Shown: positions 26,484 through 36,588 of the stretch, one piece after another
Numbering within the stretch: the first letter of the stretch is position 1
Layout: each line of letters opens with the position of its first letter
IMG/VR virus record: IMGVR_UViG_3300046008_001462
Span: 1 to 45,789 of that record
DNA length: 45,789 nt
Reading direction: 5' to 3' (one strand)
Source: a virus
Lineage: Duplodnaviria; Caudoviricetes
Translations under genes and position numbers: made by a program
Notes under the pieces: generated by a model
Seen by the model: only the letters and a program-made list of their open reading frames with translations
The model's database searches: none
What the model was told of the DNA's origin: nothing

Positions 26484-29400
26484 ATGGCGAGCAGCGACAA
26501 TTTAGCAGTCAGAATTTTAATCAGCGCACAAGATAACGCTTCCAAAACGTTTGAATTTATTCGTGCTAACGGCGTGAAACTGGCGGAAGGATTAGCTGCT
26601 GCTTTTGCGCTTGATCTGTTCAAAGGTGCAGTAGATGAAGCGGCAAAATTCGAGGCGCAGCTCGACAAAGTCGGCGCGAAAGGCGGCTACACCGCACAGG
26701 AAATGGAAACGCTCTCGAAAGCCGCCGTTGAAATTGGTAGCAAGTTTGGTGTTTCAGGTACAGAAGCCGCTGCGGGTTTAGAAATCCTTGCAGCGGCGGG
26801 TTTGAAATCGAGCGAAGCCATTAACACCCTGCCTTCGGTTTTAGCATTGGCGCAAAGTGAAGCTGTGAGCATGGACGTAGCCGCCTCAACCGTAACCGAT
26901 ACCATTTCAATCATGGGCTTAGGATTTTCAGATGCGGGGCGTGTTGCCGATGTGTTTGCTAAAGGCGCAAATTTATCCACTACTTCTGCTGTTGAATTAG
27001 GTGAGGCTTTTAAAGGTGCTGGTGGCGCAGCCTCCGCATCGCATTATTCGCTGGAACAAACTGCCGCGATGATGAACGTGCTGGCAGCCAATGGGATTCG
27101 CGGCAGCGAAGCGGGAACAGGACTGAAAAATGTCCTGTCATTGCTGCTCGACCCGACATCGAACGCACGCAAAGAATTATCAAAATTGGGTGTAAATACC
27201 AGCGATGTTGGCGTGGCGATGGACGCATTGCAAAAAGCAGGTGAAGGCGGCAAACAAGCGATGCTCGCTTTTGGTACAGAAGCAATGCCGACGGTTTTAG
27301 CGTTAACCAAAAGCGGCTCGGCAGGAATGAAAACTTTCGAGACCGCGTTACTCAATTCCAAAGGCGCGGCAGAAGAAACTGCCAAAGGCATTGCCTCTAA
27401 TTTTGAAGGGGCAAAGAAAAACTTAGAAGCTGCTTTTATCAATTTAAAAGTCGCGCTCGGCACGCCAATTTTAAAACCGCTAACCGAATCGTTTAATACG
27501 TTTTCAGGTGCGGTCGCACAAAACATTCCGACGATTGTTAGCAGTTTGACGGCGTTGTCTGAGCTTTACGGCATCAAGTTAGCCCGTGATGCGGCAACAT
27601 TTGTGCAAGGCATGATTGCTGCGAATACAGCGAAAAAAGCCGCGCAAGTTGCTACCCAATCGGTCGTTGCCGCCGAACAAGAACTCGTCGCGGCAATGGC
27701 AGCAGGTGGTACACAAACCACCCGCTATCAACTTGCTCAACAGCAACTCGCTACTGCCATGACGCAAGGCGGGACTGCGACATCACAATATGCCACCGCC
27801 CAAAATCAACTCTTAACCACGCATCAAACCGCGCAAATTGCCACCACTCGTTTAAACACGGCGCAAACTGAACTAAATACTGCGACAGCAGAAGGCGGTG
27901 TGGCGGTTCAGCGATATACCGTTGCACAAGCAGAACTCAACACCGCAAAACAAATCTCGCAAGGCACAACGCAACGTTTAGTGACGGTGCAGGCAGATTT
28001 AAATGCTGAGATTGCCGCAAGTGGCGTGAATTCACAGCGTGCTATTGCTCTGCAAAATGAACTCAACATCTCGCAAACCAACGCCGCCATTGCAGAGCAA
28101 CGTTTAGCCGCTGCACAAACAGAATTGAATACCGCATTAGCAGCTGGCGGCACACAAACGCAACGATACGTCACGGCGTTAGCTGAACTTCAAGCCGCCG
28201 AAACCAGAGCCGCCACTACGACTGCAACACTTCAAACCGAAACCGCTGCCTTAGCTTCATCAACCAACGTTGCCGCAGCTTCGGCAACCAGAATGGCGAC
28301 CGCGTTTAATGGTGCAATGTCCATTTTTGCGGGATGGACAATCGGCACAATGATTGGCGAATGGGCGAATCAGTTTGATTTTATCAAACGGCGCGGCGCA
28401 GATATGTCCGAAACGTTTGTGCAATTAACCGAGTCCGCTCGGTATTTCTTTTCAGGCGAATTTTTAAAAGCCGACGACGGAACGTATGCCGCAAAAATGG
28501 CAGAAATTCATAACGCATTTGAGCAGATTCGTTTTGCCACCACGGAGGCAGGAAAAGCGGCTGTGGCAACGGGTGAAAAACAACAGCAAGCCGCTGAGGT
28601 GACAAAAAAAGCCACTCAAGATCAAGCGAAAGTCGTTGAAGAATTCTCAAAACTACAACTTGAAAAACTCAAAGAAACCAATGCCGCGATTGACGCACAT
28701 TACAAATTAGAAAATGACGCAATCGCACTCAATTTAAAGTTAAAAACTGAATCGATTAAATCAACCTATGACGATCAATTAGCCAAAGAAAAAGCCATCA
28801 CCGAAGCGACGATTTCCGCCAGTAATCAAGAAATCACTAATCTTGAAGCCGCCGCGACGAAAAAGAAATCACTGGTGAATTCGGTTTATCAAGATGCCAT
28901 TGAAAAATCCGCTGCGGGGAGTTCTCAACGCGCTGAATACGAAAAGCAGTATTTAGAAGCGAGTCAGGAGATTTATCAATCGCTCTACAATTCCTACGCC
29001 CAAACTGTCAGCAACATGATTAGTGCGGCGCAATCACACCGCGATAAAGCGGTCGGTTACGCACAGGAAATTTTAAACGCTGAAGAACGTCGGCACAGTG
29101 GAATTTTAGAATTAGAGCGCATCGGTATGTCCGATGCCGAACTGAAAGCCAGCAAGAAAAAAGAAATCGAAAAAGGCATCTCCGATTACAAAAAAGCCAT
29201 GGCAGAAGGCGATTTTGAAAAAGCCAAAGAAATCTCCACCAACACAGAAAAATTGGTACTGGATTTGGCTAAATCTGAAAAAACGCAAACCAGCGAAGTC
29301 AGCTCGGCAAAAAGACAATACAACGAGGTTATTGGTCAGACGGAAGCCGCCACCAAAGCCCTGCAAAACAGTGAAAATCAGCAAGCGGCGGATTTAGAAG

Positions 29401-30164
29401 CAAACGCGCAAAATCAAATTGCCAAAATGAATGACATCAAAGGCAAATTGAATGAAATCAGCGAAACGCTAAATCAAAATTTTTTGCTAACGATTAACGT
29501 CAATGAAGACGCAGTGTTTCAAGCCAGTGCAGACATTGATGCGTTATCACGCAATGAATACGTCACCGTTTATGTCACCACTGTCCAAACCAATCAAAAC
29601 GGCGGTCAAATTCAAGCCTTTGCGGACGGCGGCACACCGAATTTTGTGCGACGTGAAGGTGGTTTAGGCGGTTACGGTGGTGGCGATACTGTCCCTGCAA
29701 TGCTTGAAGCTGGCGAGTGGATTATCAAAAAAGAATCCGTCAAAAAATATGGCAATGGATTCATGGCGAAATTGAACGCGGGGCAACTTGATGATATTCC
29801 GAAATTTTCAACTGGCGGAAGTGTTTCATTTGGCAGTAGCAATCTTGAAAAAGAACTACAACTCACAATAGATGGCTATAACGAGAGAGCCAGCAAGGGC
29901 GCGTCAAACATAGCCGATTACGTCAACGTTGTTGAAAAAATAAATGAATTGAACAAAAAAATAGCCGCTGAAAAAGAAAATGCGACAACCACCCAACCCT
30001 CTGTTACCCCACAAAAACAGGCAAATCAAACAGCCACCAGCAGCAGTGAAGTGGTGATTCGTTTTGTTGCCCCGAATGGTAATCAAGCCACCGCACAATC
30101 AACACAAACCGACGCAAAAAGCATCGTTGAAATGATTAAACAAGCCTCTTTAACCAGCCAATAA
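26484..30164 (+). CDS. Tape measure protein (TP901-type core)
   Basis: 1226-aa Ala-rich helical protein with GIRGSEAGTGLKN core and C-terminal FADGG...DTVPAML..GE motif. Confidence 0.95.
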   Translation: MASSDNLAVRILISAQDNASKTFEFIRANGVKLAEGLAAAFALDLFKGAVDEAAKFEAQLDKVGAKGGYTAQEMETLSKAAVEIGSKFGVSGTEAAAGLEILAAAGLKSSEAINTLPSVLALAQSEAVSMDVAASTVTDTISIMGLGFSDAGRVADVFAKGANLSTTSAVELGEAFKGAGGAASASHYSLEQTAAMMNVLAANGIRGSEAGTGLKNVLSLLLDPTSNARKELSKLGVNTSDVGVAMDALQKAGEGGKQAMLAFGTEAMPTVLALTKSGSAGMKTFETALLNSKGAAEETAKGIASNFEGAKKNLEAAFINLKVALGTPILKPLTESFNTFSGAVAQNIPTIVSSLTALSELYGIKLARDAATFVQGMIAANTAKKAAQVATQSVVAAEQELVAAMAAGGTQTTRYQLAQQQLATAMTQGGTATSQYATAQNQLLTTHQTAQIATTRLNTAQTELNTATAEGGVAVQRYTVAQAELNTAKQISQGTTQRLVTVQADLNAEIAASGVNSQRAIALQNELNISQTNAAIAEQRLAAAQTELNTALAAGGTQTQRYVTALAELQAAETRAATTTATLQTETAALASSTNVAAASATRMATAFNGAMSIFAGWTIGTMIGEWANQFDFIKRRGADMSETFVQLTESARYFFSGEFLKADDGTYAAKMAEIHNAFEQIRFATTEAGKAAVATGEKQQQAAEVTKKATQDQAKVVEEFSKLQLEKLKETNAAIDAHYKLENDAIALNLKLKTESIKSTYDDQLAKEKAITEATISASNQEITNLEAAATKKKSLVNSVYQDAIEKSAAGSSQRAEYEKQYLEASQEIYQSLYNSYAQTVSNMISAAQSHRDKAVGYAQEILNAEERRHSGILELERIGMSDAELKASKKKEIEKGISDYKKAMAEGDFEKAKEISTNTEKLVLDLAKSEKTQTSEVSSAKRQYNEVIGQTEAATKALQNSENQQAADLEANAQNQIAKMNDIKGKLNEISETLNQNFLLTINVNEDAVFQASADIDALSRNEYVTVYVTTVQTNQNGGQIQAFADGGTPNFVRREGGLGGYGGGDTVPAMLEAGEWIIKKESVKKYGNGFMAKLNAGQLDDIPKFSTGGSVSFGSSNLEKELQLTIDGYNERASKGASNIADYVNVVEKINELNKKIAAEKENATTTQPSVTPQKQANQTATSSSEVVIRFVAPNGNQATAQSTQTDAKSIVEMIKQASLTSQ

Positions 30165-30168
30165 GCAC

Positions 30169-33100
30169 ATGACCATTTTAGCCAGCGACATTAAATTACT
30201 CGAATCTGACAACATGGATGACACATCCGATGGCGGGGGTGGCATGACCGCCAACGTCATTTTGGACGGCGTGAGCAATAACATTTTTGATGATATTTCA
30301 ACGCTCGACCGCGTTTATGGTGCGGTTCACATGAGAAAGCTATTTTCCGCGATTCAAACAGCTACGACCGACAAGTTTTTTGGTTCAATGGTGATGCTGT
30401 CGAAGTTACCGAAAGATAAAAAAATCGGCGTTAATTTGTTCAGTACAGGTGATTGGTTCGACAGACGTGATTCCTCTAAAACTCGTGTTGAAGCCTACCG
30501 AGTACAAGCCTCTTTGTATCAAGGTTTTTTGTGGTCAACGCAATATGCAGGGAGTCGGCAATTAACCCTGTTTCAAAACACGTCATCAAATATCGTTCCC
30601 GCGATTGGCGATGTGTTTATGGTTTCAAACACGCAGAATGCAGGGCAATCACAATACGTCAGAGTCGTAAAATTAAACTCCGATACGGTTCAAACCTTTC
30701 AACAAGGCGATACGTCTTATCAAAAGCGCGTCATTTCTTTTGAAATCGCTACACCGCTTTTGTTTGATTATGTCGGAGCAGAAATATCAAAAAGTGACAA
30801 TTTAACGCCTAATGCAAGGCTCTATAACACCGTTGTGGCAAACGCCGCGAAGTATTACAGCGCACGCCCATTGAAAACAGCGGCAAAAATTGGCGACGTA
30901 ATGGTCAAAGTCGATAGCGTTTACAGTCAGTTAATTCCGAGTTCCCAAGCCGAAGTGGCACTGGTCGATTTGAATGCTGGCGGCTACACCACACCGCTTG
31001 TTGAAGCAGGCACACCTGTTTCATTTATCACCAGCACTGATATTGCCGCTTCAAAATCTTTGCATTTAGGCAATCCGTGCAAACCCAGTTCGCTATTGAT
31101 TACCGCAAGTGGCGCAACTATCGTTGATGACGCGGGGCAAATCAAAAGCGGCACAACCGCCATTGGAACGATTGATTACATTTCAGGCGTTATCAATTTT
31201 GCTTCAACGTGTCCGACCTATTCGGGTTCAAAAACGGTAAATTACACACCCGCCGCCGCACCTGTTAGCGTTGCTGATACCGCGTCGCTTGCTGTCACGG
31301 CTGCAAATCGCGGTTACGTTTGGGTGATTAACTTATCTCCCGCACCGTCGCCTGCCAGTTTAACGGTGAGTTATCGTGCGCTGGGAAAATGGTATGCGAT
31401 GCGAGACAACGTCGCAGGCGGTATCGTTGGTTTAGACGCAGGCATTGGCAGTGGAACGGTGAATTACGCCAGTGGCACAGTCACAATTACAACAGCCGCC
31501 TTGCCTGACGTAGACAGTGAAATTATTTTTTCATGGGGCAAAAAAGCCAATACGTTTAATCGCAGCGATTTAGTGATTGCGCCTCCTGCAATTATTCATC
31601 AATTAACGAATCCTGCGATTGTTGCAGGTTCGCTGACAATTCGTTGGTCAGTGGGAGGCACGGCTAAAACGGCGACTGCCAATAATAATGGCGTGATTTC
31701 GGGCGATGCAGTCGGGACTGTTAATCACGTCACAGGAAAAATCACGTTTTCACCTACGGTTACGCCACCAGCGAACACAGTTTTTTCTTTCACTTACGAT
31801 TTCGGCAACAAGATTGAAGAAGTTTTTCAGCATCCGATTCGTAATGCTGAAGGCAAATTAGTCATTCAATTAGCCAGTCCGAATGTTAAGCCGAATTCTG
31901 TCGAAGTTGAATGGAATACGGTGCAAGACACCAGTTTGCTTGAAACGTTTCAAGAAACTGTGGTGACTAAAAGGCAATGGGTTGATCCGATAATCATCGA
32001 GCGCGATGACGGTACAAAATTAACGAATACTGTTTCCAGCATCGATTACAGCCTTGGCAAAATAACGTTTAATCCTGACAGAACAGTAAAACTGCCTGCG
32101 CCTAAACTCAATAAAACGCCATTGGGTTCAAAGTCAGCATCTGAAGTAGCAACCGCAGACAAAATAACCACTCTCACAACAACGACAGTCACGACCTATC
32201 GCAACGTTTTTGTCGGTTTTGAGTATTTGAATATCCCTGCGATTTATCCCAATGATGACAGCGGTGTGGTCAAGGTACGTTATCGCGCTACTGACACTCC
32301 CAATACGGCAACTGAAACACTTATCATGCCGAATTTGAGCATGGATTTAACGCCAAATTTTGCTGAAACCATCGTTTATGGCTCGGTGCAATTTTCACTC
32401 GGCGGCAAAACCTATTTTGATAGAAACGGGCAACTTTATACAGACATCGACCGTGCGACAGGAGCTGCTACGTTGGCGGGTTCGCTCGATTATGCGTCGG
32501 GTGTTGCCACGCTTAATTTTTGGTCACCGAATCAAGCCAGCACGGTTGCGTTGAAATCACTACTGACCGATATAACCATCGCGCCTGTTGATATGGTGAC
32601 ATTCAGAACGCCAGCCGCACCGATTAAACAAGGCTCGTTTCAAATTCGTGCAACCACGCTGGAAGGCAATGCTATCAATGCCACGGCTGATATGGATGGC
32701 GTTCTCAATACCGCGTCTGTCACAGGTTCAATCAATTACGACACGGGCGTTGCTAAAATCCGTTTTGGTGCGTGGATTGATGCAGCGGGACATGAATCCG
32801 AAAGTTGGTTTAATCCTGAAGCCGTGATGCAAACCAATGCCACGCCGCCCGTTACCAAAATTTTCAAATCTGCACACGTTTTAGCAGAATCGATTGTGTA
32901 TAACGCGGTTTCGTACACTTACATTCCACTCTCAAGCTCAATTTTAGGTTTAGACCCTGTGCGTTTGCCGCCAGACGGGCGTGTGCCTGTGTATTCGATT
33001 GGTGATGTGGCGGTGATTTTAAATGACCAAACCACCGTCGGGACGTTTGCAAATGGCACAACCACCAATTTACACCGCGTGAGATTAGCAAAAGTGACTG

Positions 33101-33795
33101 TCAAAGACGCAGCGGGAAATATGATTGCCGTTGATAAATACAGCGTCAATTTAGACACTGGCATTATCACTTGGAATAATTTGTCTGGTGTGTCGCAACC
33201 GCTCACCATTACCGACCGCATCGAAGATATGGGCGTGGTCACGGACGTGCAAATCACGGGCGAATTGACGTTGTCGCAGCCGATTTCGCACGCTTTCCCC
33301 ATTGAAAATACGCTGGTTTCCAATGCTGTGGTGCATGGGACGATTTATGCGCGAGTATCCGTCCCATTTGACCAACAAACATGGACAAACGTGTGGAGCG
33401 ATAGCGTCATCGGTTCAACGGTTGCAGCACAGTACAACTCGTCGCAATATCCCATCGTTGTTGATAATCACAGTGCAATTCAAGAACGATGGGCGTTGAT
33501 TTTTACCACTGCCACGTTGTTTAACGTCATTGGCGAACACGTCGGGCAAATCGTCACGGGGGCAAACATCAACACCGATACTGCGCCGATAAATCCCAAT
33601 ACCACGCAGCCTTATTTCACGATTCCATCAGGTGGTTGGGGTAGCGGCTGGTCAGCAGGCAATGTGCTGCGATTCAACACTTACGCCGCCAATGCCCCTG
33701 TTTGGATCATTCAATCCATTGGTCAAGGCGTGGCTACTGATCCCGATTTCACCTTTTGCATTGAAGCTCGCGGAGACATTGATAATGTCGCTTAG
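30169..33795 (+). CDS. Large tail-tip/virion structural protein
   Basis: N-terminal DIKLLES...DGGG.M...DGVSNNIFDDIS.LDR; many G.IDY..G beta-repeats; LGLDPVRLPPDGRVP. Confidence 0.85.
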   Translation: MTILASDIKLLESDNMDDTSDGGGGMTANVILDGVSNNIFDDISTLDRVYGAVHMRKLFSAIQTATTDKFFGSMVMLSKLPKDKKIGVNLFSTGDWFDRRDSSKTRVEAYRVQASLYQGFLWSTQYAGSRQLTLFQNTSSNIVPAIGDVFMVSNTQNAGQSQYVRVVKLNSDTVQTFQQGDTSYQKRVISFEIATPLLFDYVGAEISKSDNLTPNARLYNTVVANAAKYYSARPLKTAAKIGDVMVKVDSVYSQLIPSSQAEVALVDLNAGGYTTPLVEAGTPVSFITSTDIAASKSLHLGNPCKPSSLLITASGATIVDDAGQIKSGTTAIGTIDYISGVINFASTCPTYSGSKTVNYTPAAAPVSVADTASLAVTAANRGYVWVINLSPAPSPASLTVSYRALGKWYAMRDNVAGGIVGLDAGIGSGTVNYASGTVTITTAALPDVDSEIIFSWGKKANTFNRSDLVIAPPAIIHQLTNPAIVAGSLTIRWSVGGTAKTATANNNGVISGDAVGTVNHVTGKITFSPTVTPPANTVFSFTYDFGNKIEEVFQHPIRNAEGKLVIQLASPNVKPNSVEVEWNTVQDTSLLETFQETVVTKRQWVDPIIIERDDGTKLTNTVSSIDYSLGKITFNPDRTVKLPAPKLNKTPLGSKSASEVATADKITTLTTTTVTTYRNVFVGFEYLNIPAIYPNDDSGVVKVRYRATDTPNTATETLIMPNLSMDLTPNFAETIVYGSVQFSLGGKTYFDRNGQLYTDIDRATGAATLAGSLDYASGVATLNFWSPNQASTVALKSLLTDITIAPVDMVTFRTPAAPIKQGSFQIRATTLEGNAINATADMDGVLNTASVTGSINYDTGVAKIRFGAWIDAAGHESESWFNPEAVMQTNATPPVTKIFKSAHVLAESIVYNAVSYTYIPLSSSILGLDPVRLPPDGRVPVYSIGDVAVILNDQTTVGTFANGTTTNLHRVRLAKVTVKDAAGNMIAVDKYSVNLDTGIITWNNLSGVSQPLTITDRIEDMGVVTDVQITGELTLSQPISHAFPIENTLVSNAVVHGTIYARVSVPFDQQTWTNVWSDSVIGSTVAAQYNSSQYPIVVDNHSAIQERWALIFTTATLFNVIGEHVGQIVTGANINTDTAPINPNTTQPYFTIPSGGWGSGWSAGNVLRFNTYAANAPVWIIQSIGQGVATDPDFTFCIEARGDIDNVA

Positions 33796-34195
33796 TTTTT
33801 CAATGTCACTGCGAAACGCTCGCGCAAATGCAGTGATTGCAGCACTCGATAGTGGAATCAAACACGCCACAGCTAAATTTTACACAGGTGCAAAACCTGC
33901 TATCACTGGTTCTGCTACGAGCGAAACGTTACTCGGAACGGTGACATTTTCAAAACCGTGCGCGATTGTAATTGATTGCGTGCTTGTGTTTGACATCATC
34001 GCAAACGAACCACTGGCAAAAGCAAACGGCGTAATGGGCTGGGGACGCGCTTTTGATGGTGATGGTAACTTCGTCATGGATTTCAACTGCGGCACAAATG
34101 GCTCGAATGCGGTGATGATTTTCAACAATCTGAATGTTATTGCAGGTGGTGTGATTAGCATTTTGCACGGCTCGCTGACGGAGGGTAATTTGTGA
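33785..34195 (+). CDS. Small tail-associated protein
   Basis: ATG 33785; YTGAKPA...G..GWGR..DG.G..V.D motif; coupled to both neighbours. Confidence 0.75.
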   Translation: MSLSFSMSLRNARANAVIAALDSGIKHATAKFYTGAKPAITGSATSETLLGTVTFSKPCAIVIDCVLVFDIIANEPLAKANGVMGWGRAFDGDGNFVMDFNCGTNGSNAVMIFNNLNVIAGGVISILHGSLTEGNL

Positions 34196-34947
34196 ACCCA
34201 CATAAATACTGGCGATTGCTGTTTCAAGACAATAATGGCGGCGACACGATTGAAGCGTCAGAGATTATTTTTAGTACACATCCGAATTCATTAAATCTAC
34301 TGCCAACAAACAGCAATTTTAGCGGTGTCATGCCAGCGAAAAATAACGAAAAGGTGTTTGAATTTCCAACACCGTTTGCTGTTGGTGCATATTCATTCAA
34401 AGCACAGGGTGCAAACGCGCCCAAAGCATGGTGGTTTGAATACAGCGACAACAACGCAGACTGGTTTATCGCTCACGTTGAATATGCTCAAACGCGCTGG
34501 GAAACAGGCGAAACACGGCATTTTGAAGTGGCGTTGTTTGAATTGAATTTAACCATCAATGCCTCTATTGCCGCGCCGTTTTTGTTGTTGTTTATTCACA
34601 ATTTAAATGGCGAGTTAATTCTCAAAAAAGACGTTCAAAACGGCGTGGAATCAATTCTAATGCCAAACGATAAAGCAGTCTGTGTCACGGTAATGCAAGC
34701 GTGCGGTGAGTCTTGGCAAGCTGGCAGACATTACAAATCAGGCGCGTTAGTTTTGCCTAAAAATCCAACCACAACGCCGTTTTATTACCGAAACCGACAC
34801 GGCGGCATTTCAGATTTACTCGAACCAACATGGCAAACCAATCCCGAAATCGTCACCACAGATAGCGGTTGCCTTTGGGAAGTTGTTGAACGTCTAAATC
34901 AACCCATCACTCAATCCCCACTTGTTCCAAAAAGGAAAGTAGCATGA
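34192..34947 (+). CDS. Tail-associated protein with discoidin-like and carbohydrate-binding-like motifs
   Basis: HKYWRL..N.G...EI, APKAW..EYSD...W, and WQAG..Y..G..V.P...EPTW...TDSG..W motifs. Confidence 0.6.
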   Translation: MNPHKYWRLLFQDNNGGDTIEASEIIFSTHPNSLNLLPTNSNFSGVMPAKNNEKVFEFPTPFAVGAYSFKAQGANAPKAWWFEYSDNNADWFIAHVEYAQTRWETGETRHFEVALFELNLTINASIAAPFLLLFIHNLNGELILKKDVQNGVESILMPNDKAVCVTVMQACGESWQAGRHYKSGALVLPKNPTTTPFYYRNRHGGISDLLEPTWQTNPEIVTTDSGCLWEVVERLNQPITQSPLVPKRKVA

Positions 34948-36056
34948 CAATAAAAGTTTTTAGAAGCAGCGATTATGGCGCACCAACGAATAGCAACGTT
35001 GCAGGTTCACTTATTGGTATTTTAGATGCCGTTTTAGTCAATGGTTATGGTTCACAAACGGTTTCCATTACGCGCAATGGCAGCGTCGCCACTGTGACAA
35101 CCCCTGTTGCTCACGGGTTAAAAAATGACACGTTCGTCACAATTGCTGGAGCAACACAAACCGAATACAACGGCGAATTTAAAATTACCGTGACAGGTTC
35201 GTCATCGTTTAGCTATGCCGTCACAGGCACGCCCGTCACACCAGCAACGGGAACAATTACCGCTAAAGTTGCAAGCGCGGGTTGGACAAAACCGTTTTCA
35301 GGGACAAATTTAGCAGGCTATAAACAAGGAGCAGGTTCAAACGGAATGTATTTGCGTGTGAATGATGCGGGTACAACAACTGCAAGAATCAAAGCGTGCG
35401 AAAGTATGACCGACATTAATGGTACGGTGGCGGATTTCCCAACAGAATTACAAGCGAGTGGCGGACTGTATGTTGGCAAATCAGGTTCAGGAACTTGTGA
35501 CTGGATTGCAATCGCTTCTGAAAAATTCATTTATCTATTTACCCAGACAAACCAAACCGTTAATTATCGCGGCACATTGTTTTTTGGCGATATTGTCTCG
35601 AATAAATCAGGCGATGCGTTCAACACCATGATTATTGCTGGTAGTAATTCAGCAAATTATTACAACTTTGATTTGTTTAATCTGAATTCATCACTGTCAC
35701 AACTCGGCAATCATTATATTGCCCGTTCTCATACCCAAATTGGCGCATCGCTTAATAATGGCAAAACATCGACGGTTAATATGGCAAATTCATCCATTAG
35801 CATGATGGGCGGACAGGGAATTTCTTATCCTTCGCCTTTTGATGGTGCGTTGCATTTAGCTCCTGTTTTAGTCACGGAGCAAAGTGTTGGAATGCGTGGC
35901 ACGATGCCGAATTTATGGTGTCCGCTTCATTACAAACCGTTTAATCACCAAGACATTATCGATGGAAGTGGTCAATTTGCGGGCAAAAAATTCATTGCTC
36001 TTTCAGGTGGCTATTCAACGGAATATCAATGTTTAATCGACATTTCAAACAGCTAA
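34944..36056 (+). CDS. Tail fibre-like protein
   Basis: D.GAP...GSLI..LDA.LVNGYG, ATVTT..AHGL...VTIAGA..EYNG.F.IT, AGWTKPF and RG.MP.L motifs. Confidence 0.75.
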   Translation: MTIKVFRSSDYGAPTNSNVAGSLIGILDAVLVNGYGSQTVSITRNGSVATVTTPVAHGLKNDTFVTIAGATQTEYNGEFKITVTGSSSFSYAVTGTPVTPATGTITAKVASAGWTKPFSGTNLAGYKQGAGSNGMYLRVNDAGTTTARIKACESMTDINGTVADFPTELQASGGLYVGKSGSGTCDWIAIASEKFIYLFTQTNQTVNYRGTLFFGDIVSNKSGDAFNTMIIAGSNSANYYNFDLFNLNSSLSQLGNHYIARSHTQIGASLNNGKTSTVNMANSSISMMGGQGISYPSPFDGALHLAPVLVTEQSVGMRGTMPNLWCPLHYKPFNHQDIIDGSGQFAGKKFIALSGGYSTEYQCLIDISNS

Positions 36057-36057
36057 C

Positions 36058-36588
36058 ATGGATATTACCGACGCAATTTTTACCCAAGATGCGTTAAGCG
36101 ATGTAGGTTTTTACGCCAAGTTAATTGAGCCGTCATTTTCGCCGCTTGTTGTTTCTGATACTTTATCTGATATGACAACGGCAAAAGCGACTGTGCAAGA
36201 TGCCATGATTACCGACGCGCTCAAGGACATGAAATCCACGCAATTTTTCATTCCCCTGACATTCAAAAATGAAGCATTTATTGAAATTCAAGAACAAATG
36301 CCCGTTTGGGAAGGTGGTGGCGTTTTCAACACGTTAAGCATTCCAACGGTTGATAGAGCGGGACGTATTTTTGGTACGGTAAAAGTGCAAGGTATGTTGC
36401 AAAACAAAGCACGAGTGTCACTGTATTTTAGAAAAAGCGGTGCGTTAATCCAAAGCACATTCACTGATGAAAATGGCGTGTTTTCATTTCAATGCGGTTT
36501 GAATCGCAACGTGAGCGATTATTACGCGGTGGCAATTACTGAGCAGCCGTTTAACGCGCAAATCTTCGACAAACTCACGCCGATTTAA
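36058..36588 (+). CDS. Tail fibre accessory protein with a C-terminal beta-sandwich (prealbumin-like) domain
   Basis: G.I.GTV...V.LY.R..G.L...T.TD.NG.F.F..L motif. Confidence 0.65.
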   Translation: MDITDAIFTQDALSDVGFYAKLIEPSFSPLVVSDTLSDMTTAKATVQDAMITDALKDMKSTQFFIPLTFKNEAFIEIQEQMPVWEGGGVFNTLSIPTVDRAGRIFGTVKVQGMLQNKARVSLYFRKSGALIQSTFTDENGVFSFQCGLNRNVSDYYAVAITEQPFNAQIFDKLTPI

